A stretch of DNA of 64,000 nt from a virus (lineage: Duplodnaviria; Caudoviricetes), in the IMG/VR virus record IMGVR_UViG_2811995317_000003, positions 1 to 64,000 of that record, one strand, 5' to 3'. Position 1 is the stretch's first letter. Each line of letters starts with the position of its first letter. The notes beneath the pieces are model-generated. The model was not told the DNA's origin. It did no database searches and saw only the letters and a program-made list of their open reading frames with translations. This document shows positions 28,652 through 39,258 of the stretch, one piece after another. Both the position numbers and the translations under genes were made by a program.

Positions 28652-29189
28652 CACCAGCACAGAGCGCGGCTGGCTGACGCCCACCAGCGGCGATCCGGAT
28701 TATGACGAATCGCTCGACAGGCTGTTAAGCCAGTGGATGCGCAACGTTTCCGGCTTGCCGGCTGGGATGGTTCGCCCGCGCTGGCAGAAAGACCAACCGC
28801 CATTGCTACCCATTGAAACGAACTGGTGCGCGTTCGGCGTTACCGGATGGCCCATTGATAACAGTCCTGCATTCACCAATCAGACCGACGAGGGCGCTCA
28901 GCTCTGGCGGCATGAAACGTTCGAGTGCATGGCGTCGTTCTATGGCCCGGCTGGTATGTCTTATGCGTCCCGTTTTCGCGATGGCATATCTGTCCCGCAA
29001 AACAATGCTGAGCTGAACGCGCTTGGTTTGTCCCTGGGCGACTATACCGATCTGACCCCTTTCCCCGAACTTATCAACCAGCAATGGGTTCGCCGCTACG
29101 ACATGACGGTGCGCCTGCGCCGGAAGGTTGTGCGCGAGTACGGAATTAAATCGCTGGTGGAAGCGCCAGTCACCTTTTTTGGAGAATAA
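28641..29189 (+). CDS. tail terminator/neck protein
   Basis: TTG start with GGGGG RBS; precedes sheath. Confidence 0.6.
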   Translation: MSNNTSTERGWLTPTSGDPDYDESLDRLLSQWMRNVSGLPAGMVRPRWQKDQPPLLPIETNWCAFGVTGWPIDNSPAFTNQTDEGAQLWRHETFECMASFYGPAGMSYASRFRDGISVPQNNAELNALGLSLGDYTDLTPFPELINQQWVRRYDMTVRLRRKVVREYGIKSLVEAPVTFFGE

Positions 29190-29192
29190 ACT

Positions 29193-30353
29193 ATGACGCA
29201 GGGCTTACCTGTATCCAACGTTGTAAACGTTGATGTGATCATCTCGCCGAAAGCGGCTACTGGTCGTAACTTTGGCGCGCTGCTGATCCTCGGTTCTTCC
29301 ACTGTCATTCCGGTGCAGGAGCGCGTTCGCCTTTATGCGTCTGTTGAGGACATTGGCGAGGACTTCGGAGTCGACAGCCCGGAATATGAAGCGGCGCAGG
29401 TTTTCTTCAGCCAGTCGCCGAAGCCGACGCAGGTTTATGTTGGCCGCTGGGCGAAGACGCTGACCTCTTCCGAAGGTGGAAGCGTGGAAACCATTGTGCA
29501 AGCTGTTAATGCCTGCCTGCAATATACCAACTGGTATGGGCTGGTTGTCGCTGATGATGTTGCTGATGGCGGTGATGTGCTTGATGCTGACGACGTGATT
29601 GAGGTTGCTAAACTTATCGAAGCGTCCAGTTTGAGCCGCATTTTCGGGGTAACATCTGCCGACGCCGAGATTATCAGCACGACTTCGACGACCGATGTTG
29701 CGTCGAAATTAAAGGCTGGCAAGTATTCCCGTACCTTTATTCAGTATTCCACCAGCAGCCCTTATGCAGCGGTTTCAGCTTTCGGTCGCGCGTTTACTGT
29801 CAATTTCAACGGCAGCAACACCACCATTACCCTGAAATTCAAACAGGAACCGAGCGTAACCTACGAAACGTTGACGGTAGGACAGGCGGCGGCTGTGGGT
29901 GCGAAGAATGCGAACGTGTTCGTGTACTACGCCAACGACACGGCGATCCTGCAACAGGGTGTTATGGCGAACGGTGACTTCTTCGACGAGCGCCACGGGC
30001 TCGACTGGTTGCAGAACTACGTTCAGACCAACCTCTATAACCTGCTTTACACCAGTACCACCAAAATTCCGCAGACTGATGCTGGTGTGACCCGCCTGCT
30101 TTCCAACGTTGAACAGTCCATGGATCAGTCCGTCACGAATGGTCTGGTAGCGGCTGGCGTGTGGAATGGTGGCCCTATCGGACAGCTGAATTCCGGCGAT
30201 ACGCTGACCAAAGGTTATTACGTGTATGCGCAACCTCTGTCCGAACAGGCGCAGGCCGACCGAGAAGCTCGCAAAGCACCGTTAATCCAGGTGGCCTGTA
30301 AGCTGGCTGGCGCAGTTCATTATGCCGATGTGCAGATCAACGTGGTTCGCTAA
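29193..30353 (+). CDS. tail sheath (DUF3383)
   Basis: [33 protein letters not shown]. Confidence 0.88.
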   Translation: MTQGLPVSNVVNVDVIISPKAATGRNFGALLILGSSTVIPVQERVRLYASVEDIGEDFGVDSPEYEAAQVFFSQSPKPTQVYVGRWAKTLTSSEGGSVETIVQAVNACLQYTNWYGLVVADDVADGGDVLDADDVIEVAKLIEASSLSRIFGVTSADAEIISTTSTTDVASKLKAGKYSRTFIQYSTSSPYAAVSAFGRAFTVNFNGSNTTITLKFKQEPSVTYETLTVGQAAAVGAKNANVFVYYANDTAILQQGVMANGDFFDERHGLDWLQNYVQTNLYNLLYTSTTKIPQTDAGVTRLLSNVEQSMDQSVTNGLVAAGVWNGGPIGQLNSGDTLTKGYYVYAQPLSEQAQADREARKAPLIQVACKLAGAVHYADVQINVVR

Positions 30354-30363
30354 GGAGCGATAA

Positions 30364-30804
30364 ATGGCAACTTATTCTTTTCTCGATGTAACCGCGTCGC
30401 TCACCGGGCCGACCGGCGTTATCGATCTTGGTCAGGGTTCTGCCAACTCTGAGGAAGGTATCACCCAGACCATGGGCGGCAACAAGAACACCATGACCAT
30501 CGGTGCCGATGGCGAAGTGATGCACAGCCTGCACGCCGATAAGTCAGGCACCATTACGGTGACGCTGCTGAAAACCTCCCCGGTGAACAAGAAGCTGTCT
30601 CTGGCGTATAACGCGCAAAGCCAGTCCTCTGCCACCTGGGGTAATAACGTGATCGTCATTCGCAACACGGCATCGGGAGATATTTCTACTGCGCGTTCGT
30701 GTGCATTCCAGAAACAGCCTGATTTCAATAACGCCAAAGAGGGCGGAACTGTCGCCTGGGTGTTCGACTGCGGCAAGATTGACCAGCTGCTCGGGGAGTT
30801 TTAA
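30364..30804 (+). CDS. tail tube (DUF3277)
   Basis: IGADGE.MHS, ITVTLLKTSPVN. Confidence 0.85.
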   Translation: MATYSFLDVTASLTGPTGVIDLGQGSANSEEGITQTMGGNKNTMTIGADGEVMHSLHADKSGTITVTLLKTSPVNKKLSLAYNAQSQSSATWGNNVIVIRNTASGDISTARSCAFQKQPDFNNAKEGGTVAWVFDCGKIDQLLGEF

Positions 30805-30807
30805 CGC

Positions 30808-31233
30808 ATGGAATTCGAAATTAAAGGCGTGAAATATCGCACTGCAAAGCTCAGCGTTTTCGAACAGCTGAAGGTGTCCCGCAAGCTGTTGCCGGTGCTG
30901 GCCGGGATGGTTTCTGACTTCCGGAGCGTTCAGGAGAAGATCAGCAGCAAAGACACAGAAGGCGCGATGGCTACCATCCTGCCAAAGATTGCCAATGCTG
31001 TGTCCGATCTGAGCGATGGCGACGTGGACGCTATCCTGTTCCCCTGCCTTTCCGTCGTTTCACGCGAGCATATGAAAGGCTGGGTGCCGGTCTGCCAGCA
31101 TGGCGAAATGGCGTTTGACGATATCGACCTGCTTACCATGCTGCAACTGGTGGCGCGGGTGGTCGCCGACTCGCTGGGAAATTTTTTGCAAGGACTCCCT
31201 ACCAGCGAGACGCCCACCCCGCCAGCGGAATAA
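30808..31233 (+). CDS. tail assembly chaperone (G-like)
   Basis: between tube and tape measure genes. Confidence 0.8.
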   Translation: MEFEIKGVKYRTAKLSVFEQLKVSRKLLPVLAGMVSDFRSVQEKISSKDTEGAMATILPKIANAVSDLSDGDVDAILFPCLSVVSREHMKGWVPVCQHGEMAFDDIDLLTMLQLVARVVADSLGNFLQGLPTSETPTPPAE

Positions 31234-31421
31234 CCTTCAACAGCCTGCCGGGCGGTGAAGATTTTATTCTTCGTCCGGCGCTTGCCTTCCATATTGACCA
31301 GAAAGACCTTAACAGCGGTGCGGTAGACCTTTGCCGCATCGCGCTTCTCAATGACTACCTCGATATGCGCGAGGATAACGACGCCCGGGTAGATAAATGG
31401 AGAGCGGCCAATGAGCGGTAA
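31176..31421 (+). CDS. -1 frame extension of tail chaperone (GT-like), no own start codon
   Basis: slippery GGGAAATTTTTTG at 31176-31188; -1 frame open to TAA 31421 (...ITFNSLPGGEDFILRP...). Confidence 0.75.
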   Translation, partial: GKFFARTPYQRDAHPASGITFNSLPGGEDFILRPALAFHIDQKDLNSGAVDLCRIALLNDYLDMREDNDARVDKWRAANER

Positions 31422-33678
31422 CGCAGATACGATTAAAGATTTCCTTGTTTCGCTGGGATTCGATATCGATCAGGCTGGCGCTAATAAGTTTGAAGCCGTG
31501 CTGAAAGGCGTTACCGCGAACGTTCTGAAGGTCGGCGCGGTGGTGGAAGGCGCAGCGCTGAGCATTGTCGGATTTACCACCCAGATCGCGAATGGTCTGG
31601 ATAAAATTTACTGGGCATCCCAGCGGACGGGGGCCAGCGTCCAGGGCATCAAAGCGCTGGGCTATGCCGCATCGCAAACCGGTGCCAGCGCCGAGTCGGC
31701 CATGTCCTCCCTCGAAGGGCTGGCCGGTTTCATGCGTAGCAATCCGGGTGCGGAAGGCTTCTTGAACCGTCTTGGTGTCCAGACCCGCGATGCCAGCGGA
31801 AAGATGCGTGATACTGCTGCCATCTTTACTGGCGTTGGGCAAAAGCTCAACAACATGCCGTATTACCGCGCGAAGCAATACGCGCAGATGCTCGGCATCG
31901 ATGAAAACACGCTGATGGCGATGCGGCGCGGCATGAATGGCTTTACCGCCGATTACCAGTCTATGCTGCAAAAGACGGGGTTCAACGCTGATAAGGCGGC
32001 CGTTCAGTCCAACAAATTCATGACGTCCATGCGCGGGCTTACGTCGCTGTTCGGCATTATGCGGGACAAGATCGGCTCAAACCTCGCTGGTGGTCTGGCT
32101 GGTTCGCTGGACAGCCTGCGGCGGCGCATCCTCGACAACTTCCCGAAGATTGAGGAGACGCTGACCAAAGTTATTAAGGGCGTGATCTGGCTTGCAAACG
32201 CCTTCACACGAATGGCGTGGCGGGTGATACAGGCCGCTGGTTCTGTCATTGACTGGTGGAAGCGTCTTGATGAAGGCAGTAAAAACCTGCTGAAAATAGT
32301 CGGAGCTTTACTGGTCGCCTGGCGCTTGCTTAATGCTGCGTTTCTGAAATCACCTATCGGCCTCATCACCACGCTTATTCTGGCGATCGGATTACTGTAT
32401 GACGATTACAAGACTTGGAAGGAGGGTGGCAAAAGCCTGATTGACTGGAGCAAGTGGGAGCCAGCAATAGAAAAGGCGAAAAAGGCAATTCTCTGGCTGC
32501 GCGATAAGCTGCTTGGGCTAAAGGATTCTGTCGGTGGGTGGCAGAACTCGCTGGAAATTTTGGCTACCTTCATCGCTGGGGTATGGGTAACAAAAGTGTT
32601 GGGAGCATTCGCAAAAATATCCGGTCTTCCGATACCTCCATGGCTTAAATTATGGGGAGCGTATGCTGGTTACTTGGTTTCAGATCGTGAAAACATAAAA
32701 GCCAGTGCTAAATCATCTTTGGACTATACCAAAAGGAACATTGGTGATGCTCTTGCTACGGTTGGCATCAAAACCGACCTTGGGCGAAAAGATGTTAGCG
32801 AGGTAAGAGAATGGCCCGCATGGATGGATTGGCTGCATGGTGGCCCAGGTAAGATTATTCGTCAGGCGCAAAGCAATGGCGTCGTTTATGGCGATAATGT
32901 TCAGCCTGACATTCCCGGGACGGAACAGCATGTTCGTAGTAATGAAATTGCCCCGCATGAAAGAGATGAAATAAAAAACCGTCAGCAGGCTGCTAATGGT
33001 TATCTTGAAAAGATCTCAGACGGGATTGCCAAAATCGGTAATTTATTTTTCTCACCGGCTGGCGCTGCTGAAATCTCTCCAAATATACCGGGTGACCTCG
33101 CCCAGTTAGCTCAATCAGTTAAACGCCCACAAGCTACAGCACAGGGCAAGGTTTTGCTCGACTGGATGGGGCCAATGTTCAATAAGCTGGAGTCTCTTTA
33201 TCAGCTGCCTGCTGGTCTGTTGAAAAGCGTGGCGATCACTGAGTCGGGTGGTAACCAGTTCGCCACGTCCGGCGCTGGTGCAAAGGGGCTGTTCCAGTTC
33301 ATGGATGGCACGGCGCGAGACATGGGCCTGCGTGGTAACGATGTGTTCGACCCGGAAAAGTCAGCTCAGGCCGCAGCTAAGTACCTCAGCCAGCTATTGC
33401 GGCAGAACGGTGGGGATCTTAGCAAAGCGCTGGCGTCGTATAACTGGGGGATTGGGAATGTTAAGCGTTATGGCATGGGGCTAATGCCGCAGGAAACACG
33501 CAACTACATTCCGAAAGTGATGAGCAATATGCCCACCAGCGCCCCGGTGATTCAGCAGGAAACGAACATTAACATCCACGGCGTTTCCGATCCGCGCGAG
33601 GCTGCCCGTTTGACTGTTGACCGTCAAAAGGGCGTGAATTCACAGTTAACCCAGCAACTCCCCGCAGGACCGAGATAA
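31411..33678 (+). CDS. tape measure protein with C-terminal lytic transglycosylase domain
   Basis: 755 aa helical; ITESGG, GLFQFM, ALASYNWG SLT motifs. Confidence 0.9.
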   Translation: MSGNADTIKDFLVSLGFDIDQAGANKFEAVLKGVTANVLKVGAVVEGAALSIVGFTTQIANGLDKIYWASQRTGASVQGIKALGYAASQTGASAESAMSSLEGLAGFMRSNPGAEGFLNRLGVQTRDASGKMRDTAAIFTGVGQKLNNMPYYRAKQYAQMLGIDENTLMAMRRGMNGFTADYQSMLQKTGFNADKAAVQSNKFMTSMRGLTSLFGIMRDKIGSNLAGGLAGSLDSLRRRILDNFPKIEETLTKVIKGVIWLANAFTRMAWRVIQAAGSVIDWWKRLDEGSKNLLKIVGALLVAWRLLNAAFLKSPIGLITTLILAIGLLYDDYKTWKEGGKSLIDWSKWEPAIEKAKKAILWLRDKLLGLKDSVGGWQNSLEILATFIAGVWVTKVLGAFAKISGLPIPPWLKLWGAYAGYLVSDRENIKASAKSSLDYTKRNIGDALATVGIKTDLGRKDVSEVREWPAWMDWLHGGPGKIIRQAQSNGVVYGDNVQPDIPGTEQHVRSNEIAPHERDEIKNRQQAANGYLEKISDGIAKIGNLFFSPAGAAEISPNIPGDLAQLAQSVKRPQATAQGKVLLDWMGPMFNKLESLYQLPAGLLKSVAITESGGNQFATSGAGAKGLFQFMDGTARDMGLRGNDVFDPEKSAQAAAKYLSQLLRQNGGDLSKALASYNWGIGNVKRYGMGLMPQETRNYIPKVMSNMPTSAPVIQQETNINIHGVSDPREAARLTVDRQKGVNSQLTQQLPAGPR

Positions 33679-34280
33679 TGGATATTTTATCAGCGATTTT
33701 TCGCCAGCAATCCCGGCGAATTGGCCTGCTGATCCCCAGCGTGGTCGTTTCCGAAAAGCATTCTGATGCGCTCGAAATTACTGAGCACCCGGTGGAGAAG
33801 CCAACAACTAATAGCGCCTCGGGTTTCATTGCCGATCATGCGTATAAGCGCCCCAGCGAAGTCACAATGGAATGCGGCTTCGCTGGGGGCGGTTCGTTGC
33901 TGGACTTCATTGATACATCTTCAATCGGCCTCAGCGCCGGACTGAGCCCGAAAGATACCTATCAGCAACTACTGGATCTCCAGTCCTCCCGGGTGCCGTT
34001 CGATGTGGTGACCGGGAAGCGGGTGTATAGCAATATGCTGGTGCGAGCCATCGAGGTGACAACGGACAAAACCAGCGAGAACGTGCTGAACTGCACGCTT
34101 ACCCTGCGTGAAGTGATCATGTCGCAAACGCAGAGCGTTAGCGTTGCTGATAAATCAGATATGCAAGATGGCGTCAGCACATCGGCGGTGCAAAATGCCG
34201 GGACGAAATCCACTACACCGCCAAACGAATCCTTGCTGAGCCAGCTGGGCGGAAGCGTTACATCAGCATTCGGGGGATGA
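33678..34280 (+). CDS. baseplate/distal tail protein
   Basis: EITEHPVE, follows tape measure. Confidence 0.7.
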   Translation: MDILSAIFRQQSRRIGLLIPSVVVSEKHSDALEITEHPVEKPTTNSASGFIADHAYKRPSEVTMECGFAGGGSLLDFIDTSSIGLSAGLSPKDTYQQLLDLQSSRVPFDVVTGKRVYSNMLVRAIEVTTDKTSENVLNCTLTLREVIMSQTQSVSVADKSDMQDGVSTSAVQNAGTKSTTPPNESLLSQLGGSVTSAFGG

Positions 34281-34281
34281 T

Positions 34282-34587
34282 ATGCAGTTTAACGAAATAC
34301 CGCTTTCTCCTGACAATCAGCAGTTTCGCGTTTTGCTGGGCAATACCACGTATACGCTCAGGATCATCTGGCGCGACGCGGCTGGCTGGATCATGGACGT
34401 GATGGATAGCGGCGGAGCTGCGCTTCTCTCTGGCGTACCTCTACTGACCGGCGTAAACCTGTTGCGGCAATATCCACAGCTTGGCATTGATGGCGCACTG
34501 GTGGTGGCGACCGATAACGGCGCACCAGACGAGCCCACCAAAACCAACCTCGGCACATACAGCCACCTCATTTTCGTACAGGAGTAG
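34282..34587 (+). CDS. baseplate plug-like protein
   Basis: position and size. Confidence 0.6.
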   Translation: MQFNEIPLSPDNQQFRVLLGNTTYTLRIIWRDAAGWIMDVMDSGGAALLSGVPLLTGVNLLRQYPQLGIDGALVVATDNGAPDEPTKTNLGTYSHLIFVQE

Positions 34588-34589
34588 AA

Positions 34590-35651
34590 ATGTCTCTTAA
34601 CTGGATGCGCCATTTTGAGTTGCAGCTGTTGGACCAGAACGGGCAGGGAGTTTCCCTGTCTGACTTTAAGGTCACGTTCCAGATCGAGTGGGCAGACACA
34701 CGCTGGCCGCGCGTGGCAAACGTGAAAATTTACAACCTTTCGACCGATACCACGAACAAGATACTGGGGCAGGAGTTTGCCAAAATTCGCATCATTGCCG
34801 GATATGACGGTATAGCGCCGGATGTTGATGCGAGCCAGGTCGGTGTCGCCCGTGAGATTTCACCAGACCAGATAGGGCAGGTGAACGGTCAGAACTACGG
34901 CCTGATTTTTGACGGTGATATTCGCTTCACCGTCACCGGTAAGGACAACATTACCGATTCATGGGTGTTGATTCAGGCCATTGGTGATCACGAAGCGTTC
35001 CTCTATGCGACCACCATCACCACGCTTGCAGCTGGTTATACCGTTGCGGATCTGCACCGGGCGACGATGCAGGATTTTAACGCGTTCGGCGTGACGCAGG
35101 GCATTACTGGAGATTTCCCTGATACCGTATTCCCACGTGGCCGCGCGATTTACTCATCCACCCGCAACGTGATGGATAATATTGCTGCGCAGTGCAAAGC
35201 GACATGGCAGCTGGTGGATGGTCAGGTCCAGATGGTGCCGGAGGATAAATATATTCACGAGGCCATTGTGTTAAATGCCAATACTGGCCTGATCGGTATG
35301 CCGCAACAGACGATGGGCGGCGGCGTAAACGTGCGGTGCCTGATAAACCCCAACATTCGCATCAATGGCCTTATCCAGCTCGATCAGGCTTCGGTGTACC
35401 GCGCCACGCTCGGCAATAGCGAAATCGCACAGTCGCCCGGGCGTATCACCGAAACAGAAGAGAACGGCAACCGTGTGCTGACCGGTACGACGTCACAGGC
35501 TGCCAGCATTGCGACGGATGGCGTTTATATCGTCAAAGCTATCGACTATACTGGCGACACCAGAGGTCAGGCGTGGTATATGGATTTGATGTGCTTCGCG
35601 CGTGGCAGCCGCGACTTGCAGAGTAACGCATCACTTAACCGGACGTTTTAA
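34590..35651 (+). CDS. baseplate hub protein
   Basis: KIYNLS, IIAGY, CLINP.I. Confidence 0.75.
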   Translation: MSLNWMRHFELQLLDQNGQGVSLSDFKVTFQIEWADTRWPRVANVKIYNLSTDTTNKILGQEFAKIRIIAGYDGIAPDVDASQVGVAREISPDQIGQVNGQNYGLIFDGDIRFTVTGKDNITDSWVLIQAIGDHEAFLYATTITTLAAGYTVADLHRATMQDFNAFGVTQGITGDFPDTVFPRGRAIYSSTRNVMDNIAAQCKATWQLVDGQVQMVPEDKYIHEAIVLNANTGLIGMPQQTMGGGVNVRCLINPNIRINGLIQLDQASVYRATLGNSEIAQSPGRITETEENGNRVLTGTTSQAASIATDGVYIVKAIDYTGDTRGQAWYMDLMCFARGSRDLQSNASLNRTF

Positions 35652-35654
35652 AAA

Positions 35655-36005
35655 ATGAAAAAACTCATCCTGATGATTGCTTGCAGCTCTTTAGCCTTGG
35701 CGGGCGTGGCTCATGCTGATTCCCAGTGTGGGCCTTTCCACTTGGGCACGAGCCCAACAAATGATGGATGGGCACGCATTAACGGTGCGAAGCCTGAAAG
35801 TCAGAAGGTAACGTTCCTTAAGCAAAAAGAAGACTACGAGAACATTAAGATGGAATGGCGCATGGCTACTGACCAGCCTGGCCGGTGGGTAGGGCTCGAA
35901 TACATCAAGCGTAACGGCAAAGCCATTCTCAACGCACAGTGGTTGCAAGCCAGCATGGACGCTCCGCGCCAGTATGCTACTTATGATTGTGTAAAAGTTA
36001 AATGA
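35655..36005 (+). CDS. exported hypothetical protein
   Basis: signal peptide ending AHA; paired Cys in mature region. Confidence 0.7.
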   Translation: MKKLILMIACSSLALAGVAHADSQCGPFHLGTSPTNDGWARINGAKPESQKVTFLKQKEDYENIKMEWRMATDQPGRWVGLEYIKRNGKAILNAQWLQASMDAPRQYATYDCVKVK

Positions 36006-36016
36006 CAAGGTGAGTT

Positions 36017-36346
36017 ATGACAACGTTTAGCAGGATGCCGTCCCAAAAAAGAACTGTCCATCACACATCACCTGATGGGAAAGAATTTACGATTGAAGTC
36101 GAAATTTATGACACGCCAGAAGAACAAAATTATTGGTCCGTATTTTATCGCGTTGATCATGAAGATTATGGCAAGGTAGGACTATATGGCGTTTTCCCAA
36201 AAGAAAATTTTCCAACTTTCGAAAATGCAAAGTTAGTTTATCTTGCGCAGCCGCTTGAACGTGTCAAATCGATACTAAATAGTGCAAACGAAAAAGGATT
36301 TATAAGGCAACTTATTACAAGTCCTGATGGCTGGTATATCTTTTAA
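36017..36346 (+). CDS. AT-rich hypothetical protein (moron)
   Basis: 109 aa with RBS, followed by terminator. Confidence 0.65.
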   Translation: MTTFSRMPSQKRTVHHTSPDGKEFTIEVEIYDTPEEQNYWSVFYRVDHEDYGKVGLYGVFPKENFPTFENAKLVYLAQPLERVKSILNSANEKGFIRQLITSPDGWYIF

Positions 36347-36350
36347 AAAC

Positions 36351-36374
36351 AAACCCGCTTCGGCGGGTTTTTTT
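36351..36374 (+). terminator. intrinsic terminator inside tail operon
   Basis: AAACCCGC-TTCG-GCGGGTTT followed by U tract. Confidence 0.85.
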
Positions 36375-36385
36375 ATGGGGTTTTT

Positions 36386-37024
36386 ATGCCAATTCCAACT
36401 CAATCACAGATCGGCGGTGAGCAGCAGACCGCGCAGGCCATTGCCGATTCGGTGTCTACCCAGATGCGTGTAGCGATGCCAGGCATCATTCAGTCGTTCG
36501 ATCCTGACACTGTTACCTGCACAGTAGAGGTGGCGCTTCGCGGTATTGTTGGCGATGGCTCCACCGAATTAAAACCGCTGGTGGATGTGCCGGTTATCTT
36601 CCCGCGCGGCGGCGGTTGCACGCTGACCTTTCCCGTTAAAGAAGGCGACGAGTGCCTGTTGATCTTTGCCGACCGTTGCATCGATTTCTGGTGGCAGAGC
36701 GGCGGCGTGCAGGAGACCGTCGACCCGCGCCAACATGACTTATCTGATGCGTTCGCCATCGTTGGCCCACAGTCGCAAGCGCAGAAAATCAGCGGTATAA
36801 GTACCAGCTCGGTAGAGCTGCGCAGCGATGACGGCGTCACAAAGTTAAGCCTTAACCCATCCAGCGGGGCAATAAATGGCACTGCACCGGGCGGATTCAA
36901 CCTTAACGGGCTCAAAATCCTGCCTGACGGTCGCTTGCAGCTGGTGGACGGTTCTATCGTGGATAAGCATACCCATGGCGGCGTTGAGAGCGGCGGAAGC
37001 AATACTAAGCCGCTGGGAGGTTAA
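36386..37024 (+). CDS. baseplate spike (Gp138-like)
   Basis: VPVIFPRGGG, GDECLLIFADRCID, HDLSD, C-terminal HTHGGV. Confidence 0.85.
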   Translation: MPIPTQSQIGGEQQTAQAIADSVSTQMRVAMPGIIQSFDPDTVTCTVEVALRGIVGDGSTELKPLVDVPVIFPRGGGCTLTFPVKEGDECLLIFADRCIDFWWQSGGVQETVDPRQHDLSDAFAIVGPQSQAQKISGISTSSVELRSDDGVTKLSLNPSSGAINGTAPGGFNLNGLKILPDGRLQLVDGSIVDKHTHGGVESGGSNTKPLGG

Positions 37025-37027
37025 TCT

Positions 37028-37381
37028 ATGCGATACCGTCGTGAAGATGCTGACGGCGATTACACTTTCGGGCAGGGTGACGACACCTTCCTTATCGACA
37101 GTCCGGAATGTGTCGCCCAGGCCGTAAAAACCCGTTTCGAGCTGTGGCGCGGTCAGTGGTTTCTCGATCTGACGGAAGGCACGCCGTATGTTCAGTCAGT
37201 GCTTGGGAAACAGCGATCAGACGTCTACATCCTGGCTATACGCGAACGCATACAGGACACGCCGGGCGTTCTGTCGATTCTTTCCTTCGATACCAATTAT
37301 GACGGCACCAGCCGCCGCGTCACCTTCACTTCCTCCATTGACACAATCTACGGCCAGACGACTGTAACAAGCGAGGCATAA
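37028..37381 (+). CDS. baseplate wedge/sheath initiator
   Basis: GQWFLDLTEGTPY. Confidence 0.75.
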   Translation: MRYRREDADGDYTFGQGDDTFLIDSPECVAQAVKTRFELWRGQWFLDLTEGTPYVQSVLGKQRSDVYILAIRERIQDTPGVLSILSFDTNYDGTSRRVTFTSSIDTIYGQTTVTSEA

Positions 37382-38581
37382 ATGGCTTTGAACCTCGACA
37401 CGCTGGGGCTATCGGCAACGGTAACCGCCCAGGGGATTAGTGCGCCTGATTACCAGACAATCCTCGATACACTGACCAGCTATTTCAGGCAGATTTACGG
37501 TAGTGATGCCTACCTCGAACCAGACAGCAAAGATGGGCAAATGGTCGCGCTGGTAGCTCTTGCCGTGCATGACACTAACAATACCGCTATCGAGATCTAC
37601 AACTCGTTTTCACCGACGACAGCGCAGGCCGCAGCGCTTAGCAGCAATGTGAAAATTAACGGGATCACGCGAAAAGTAGCAACAAACTCTACGGCTGACC
37701 TTCTGTTAACTGGTACGGCGGGCACGACTATCACGAATGGCTCCGCACGGGATAAAAACGGCATTATCTGGAATTTTCCAGCGAGTGTGGCGATCGGCGT
37801 TGATGGTACTGTGCTGGTGACGGCAACATGTGCGAATAGCGGTTCGGTTGCGGCGATGGCCGGGACTATCACCACCATTAACACACCGACTCGCGGCTGG
37901 GTGTCGGTAACCAACCCGGCTGCGGCTACTGTCGGTTCACCAGCCGAAACTGACGCAGAGCTGCGCATTCGGCAGGGGCAAAGCGTCGCGCTACCATCGA
38001 TCACACCGTTTGAAGGCGTCGACGGCGCAATTGCTAATGTCACTGGCGTGACACGTCACAAGCTGTATGAGAACGACACAGGAACAACAGACAGCAACGG
38101 GCTGCCGCCGCACTCAATTTCCGCCATCGTCGATGGTGGGGATGTTACCGAAATAGCCCAGACCATCAGGGGGAATAAAGGGCAGGGAACGGCAACCTAC
38201 GGGACAACTTCTGTCACAGTGCCGGATACTTACGGTAATCCTCACGTCATCAGTTTTTCACGCTCTACCGATGTGCCAATTTTCGTAGCCATTACCCTGA
38301 AAGTTTTTACCGGGTATACATCTCAAATCGGCGAGCAGATCAAACAGGCTGTTGCCGACTATATTAATGGCCTGACAATTGGCGACGACGTTCTGCTGAG
38401 CCGTATTTATTCCCCGGCAAACCTTGGCGTGGTGAGCGGCGGGAATGCGCGCTATTACGATATTACCGATCTGCTGATCGGTAAGTCATCTGGCAGCGTA
38501 TCGGCATCAAACATTGATATTGCCTATGATGCTTCTGCGTCCTGTAGCACCGCGAATATCAGTATCACGGTGACCTCATGA
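37382..38581 (+). CDS. baseplate J-like protein
   Basis: DGQMVA, ETDAELRIR, PPHSI. Confidence 0.88.
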   Translation: MALNLDTLGLSATVTAQGISAPDYQTILDTLTSYFRQIYGSDAYLEPDSKDGQMVALVALAVHDTNNTAIEIYNSFSPTTAQAAALSSNVKINGITRKVATNSTADLLLTGTAGTTITNGSARDKNGIIWNFPASVAIGVDGTVLVTATCANSGSVAAMAGTITTINTPTRGWVSVTNPAAATVGSPAETDAELRIRQGQSVALPSITPFEGVDGAIANVTGVTRHKLYENDTGTTDSNGLPPHSISAIVDGGDVTEIAQTIRGNKGQGTATYGTTSVTVPDTYGNPHVISFSRSTDVPIFVAITLKVFTGYTSQIGEQIKQAVADYINGLTIGDDVLLSRIYSPANLGVVSGGNARYYDITDLLIGKSSGSVSASNIDIAYDASASCSTANISITVTS

Positions 38582-39258
38582 GCAAATACACCGAACTAAT
38601 AACTAACTACCACGCTACCAAGCCACTCTTTTTTGACCATATAGATCTGAGCACCCGCCCGCTGATTGATGTATCCAGCACTATGTCAGGGCTTGTAACA
38701 GCCTTCGATATCGATACGGCGGTCGGTGTGCAGCTCGACACGCTCGGACTCTGGATGGGGCGAAGTCGTATAGTCAGCCAACCGATCACCGGCGTTTATT
38801 TCAGTTGGGACACTGAAGGGCTCGGATATGACCAGGGCATCTGGCAGGGGCCGTATGATCCGGATTCCGGTTATACGTCCCTCAGCGATGATACCTACCG
38901 CATCATTTTGAAGGCGAAAATCGCCATCAACAACTGGGACGGGCGGAACGACTCGCTGCCACCCATTCTGGACGCTGCAACTGCTGGCTCTGGCCTGAAG
39001 ATGCAGATCGTCGACAACCAGGATATGACGATATCGGTATGGGTTTTTCCCGAGACTGATATTTCGGATGTGTCTCTCGAACTGATCGCCGCTATCAAAC
39101 AGGGCTATCTCACCGTTAAAGCAGCTGGCGTATGGGCCGGTGATGTTGAAACGCCTTCGATAGAGACACCTTCCGAGGGCTCTAAATTCTTTGGGTTTGA
39201 TATGGATAACGAATACATCGGCGGGTTCGATGTAGGAGCATGGGGGACTTTACTCTAA
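38578..39258 (+). CDS. baseplate protein (DUF2612)
   Basis: FDIDTAVGVQLD.LG.W.G.SR, LSDDTYR. Confidence 0.85.
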   Translation: MSKYTELITNYHATKPLFFDHIDLSTRPLIDVSSTMSGLVTAFDIDTAVGVQLDTLGLWMGRSRIVSQPITGVYFSWDTEGLGYDQGIWQGPYDPDSGYTSLSDDTYRIILKAKIAINNWDGRNDSLPPILDAATAGSGLKMQIVDNQDMTISVWVFPETDISDVSLELIAAIKQGYLTVKAAGVWAGDVETPSIETPSEGSKFFGFDMDNEYIGGFDVGAWGTLL

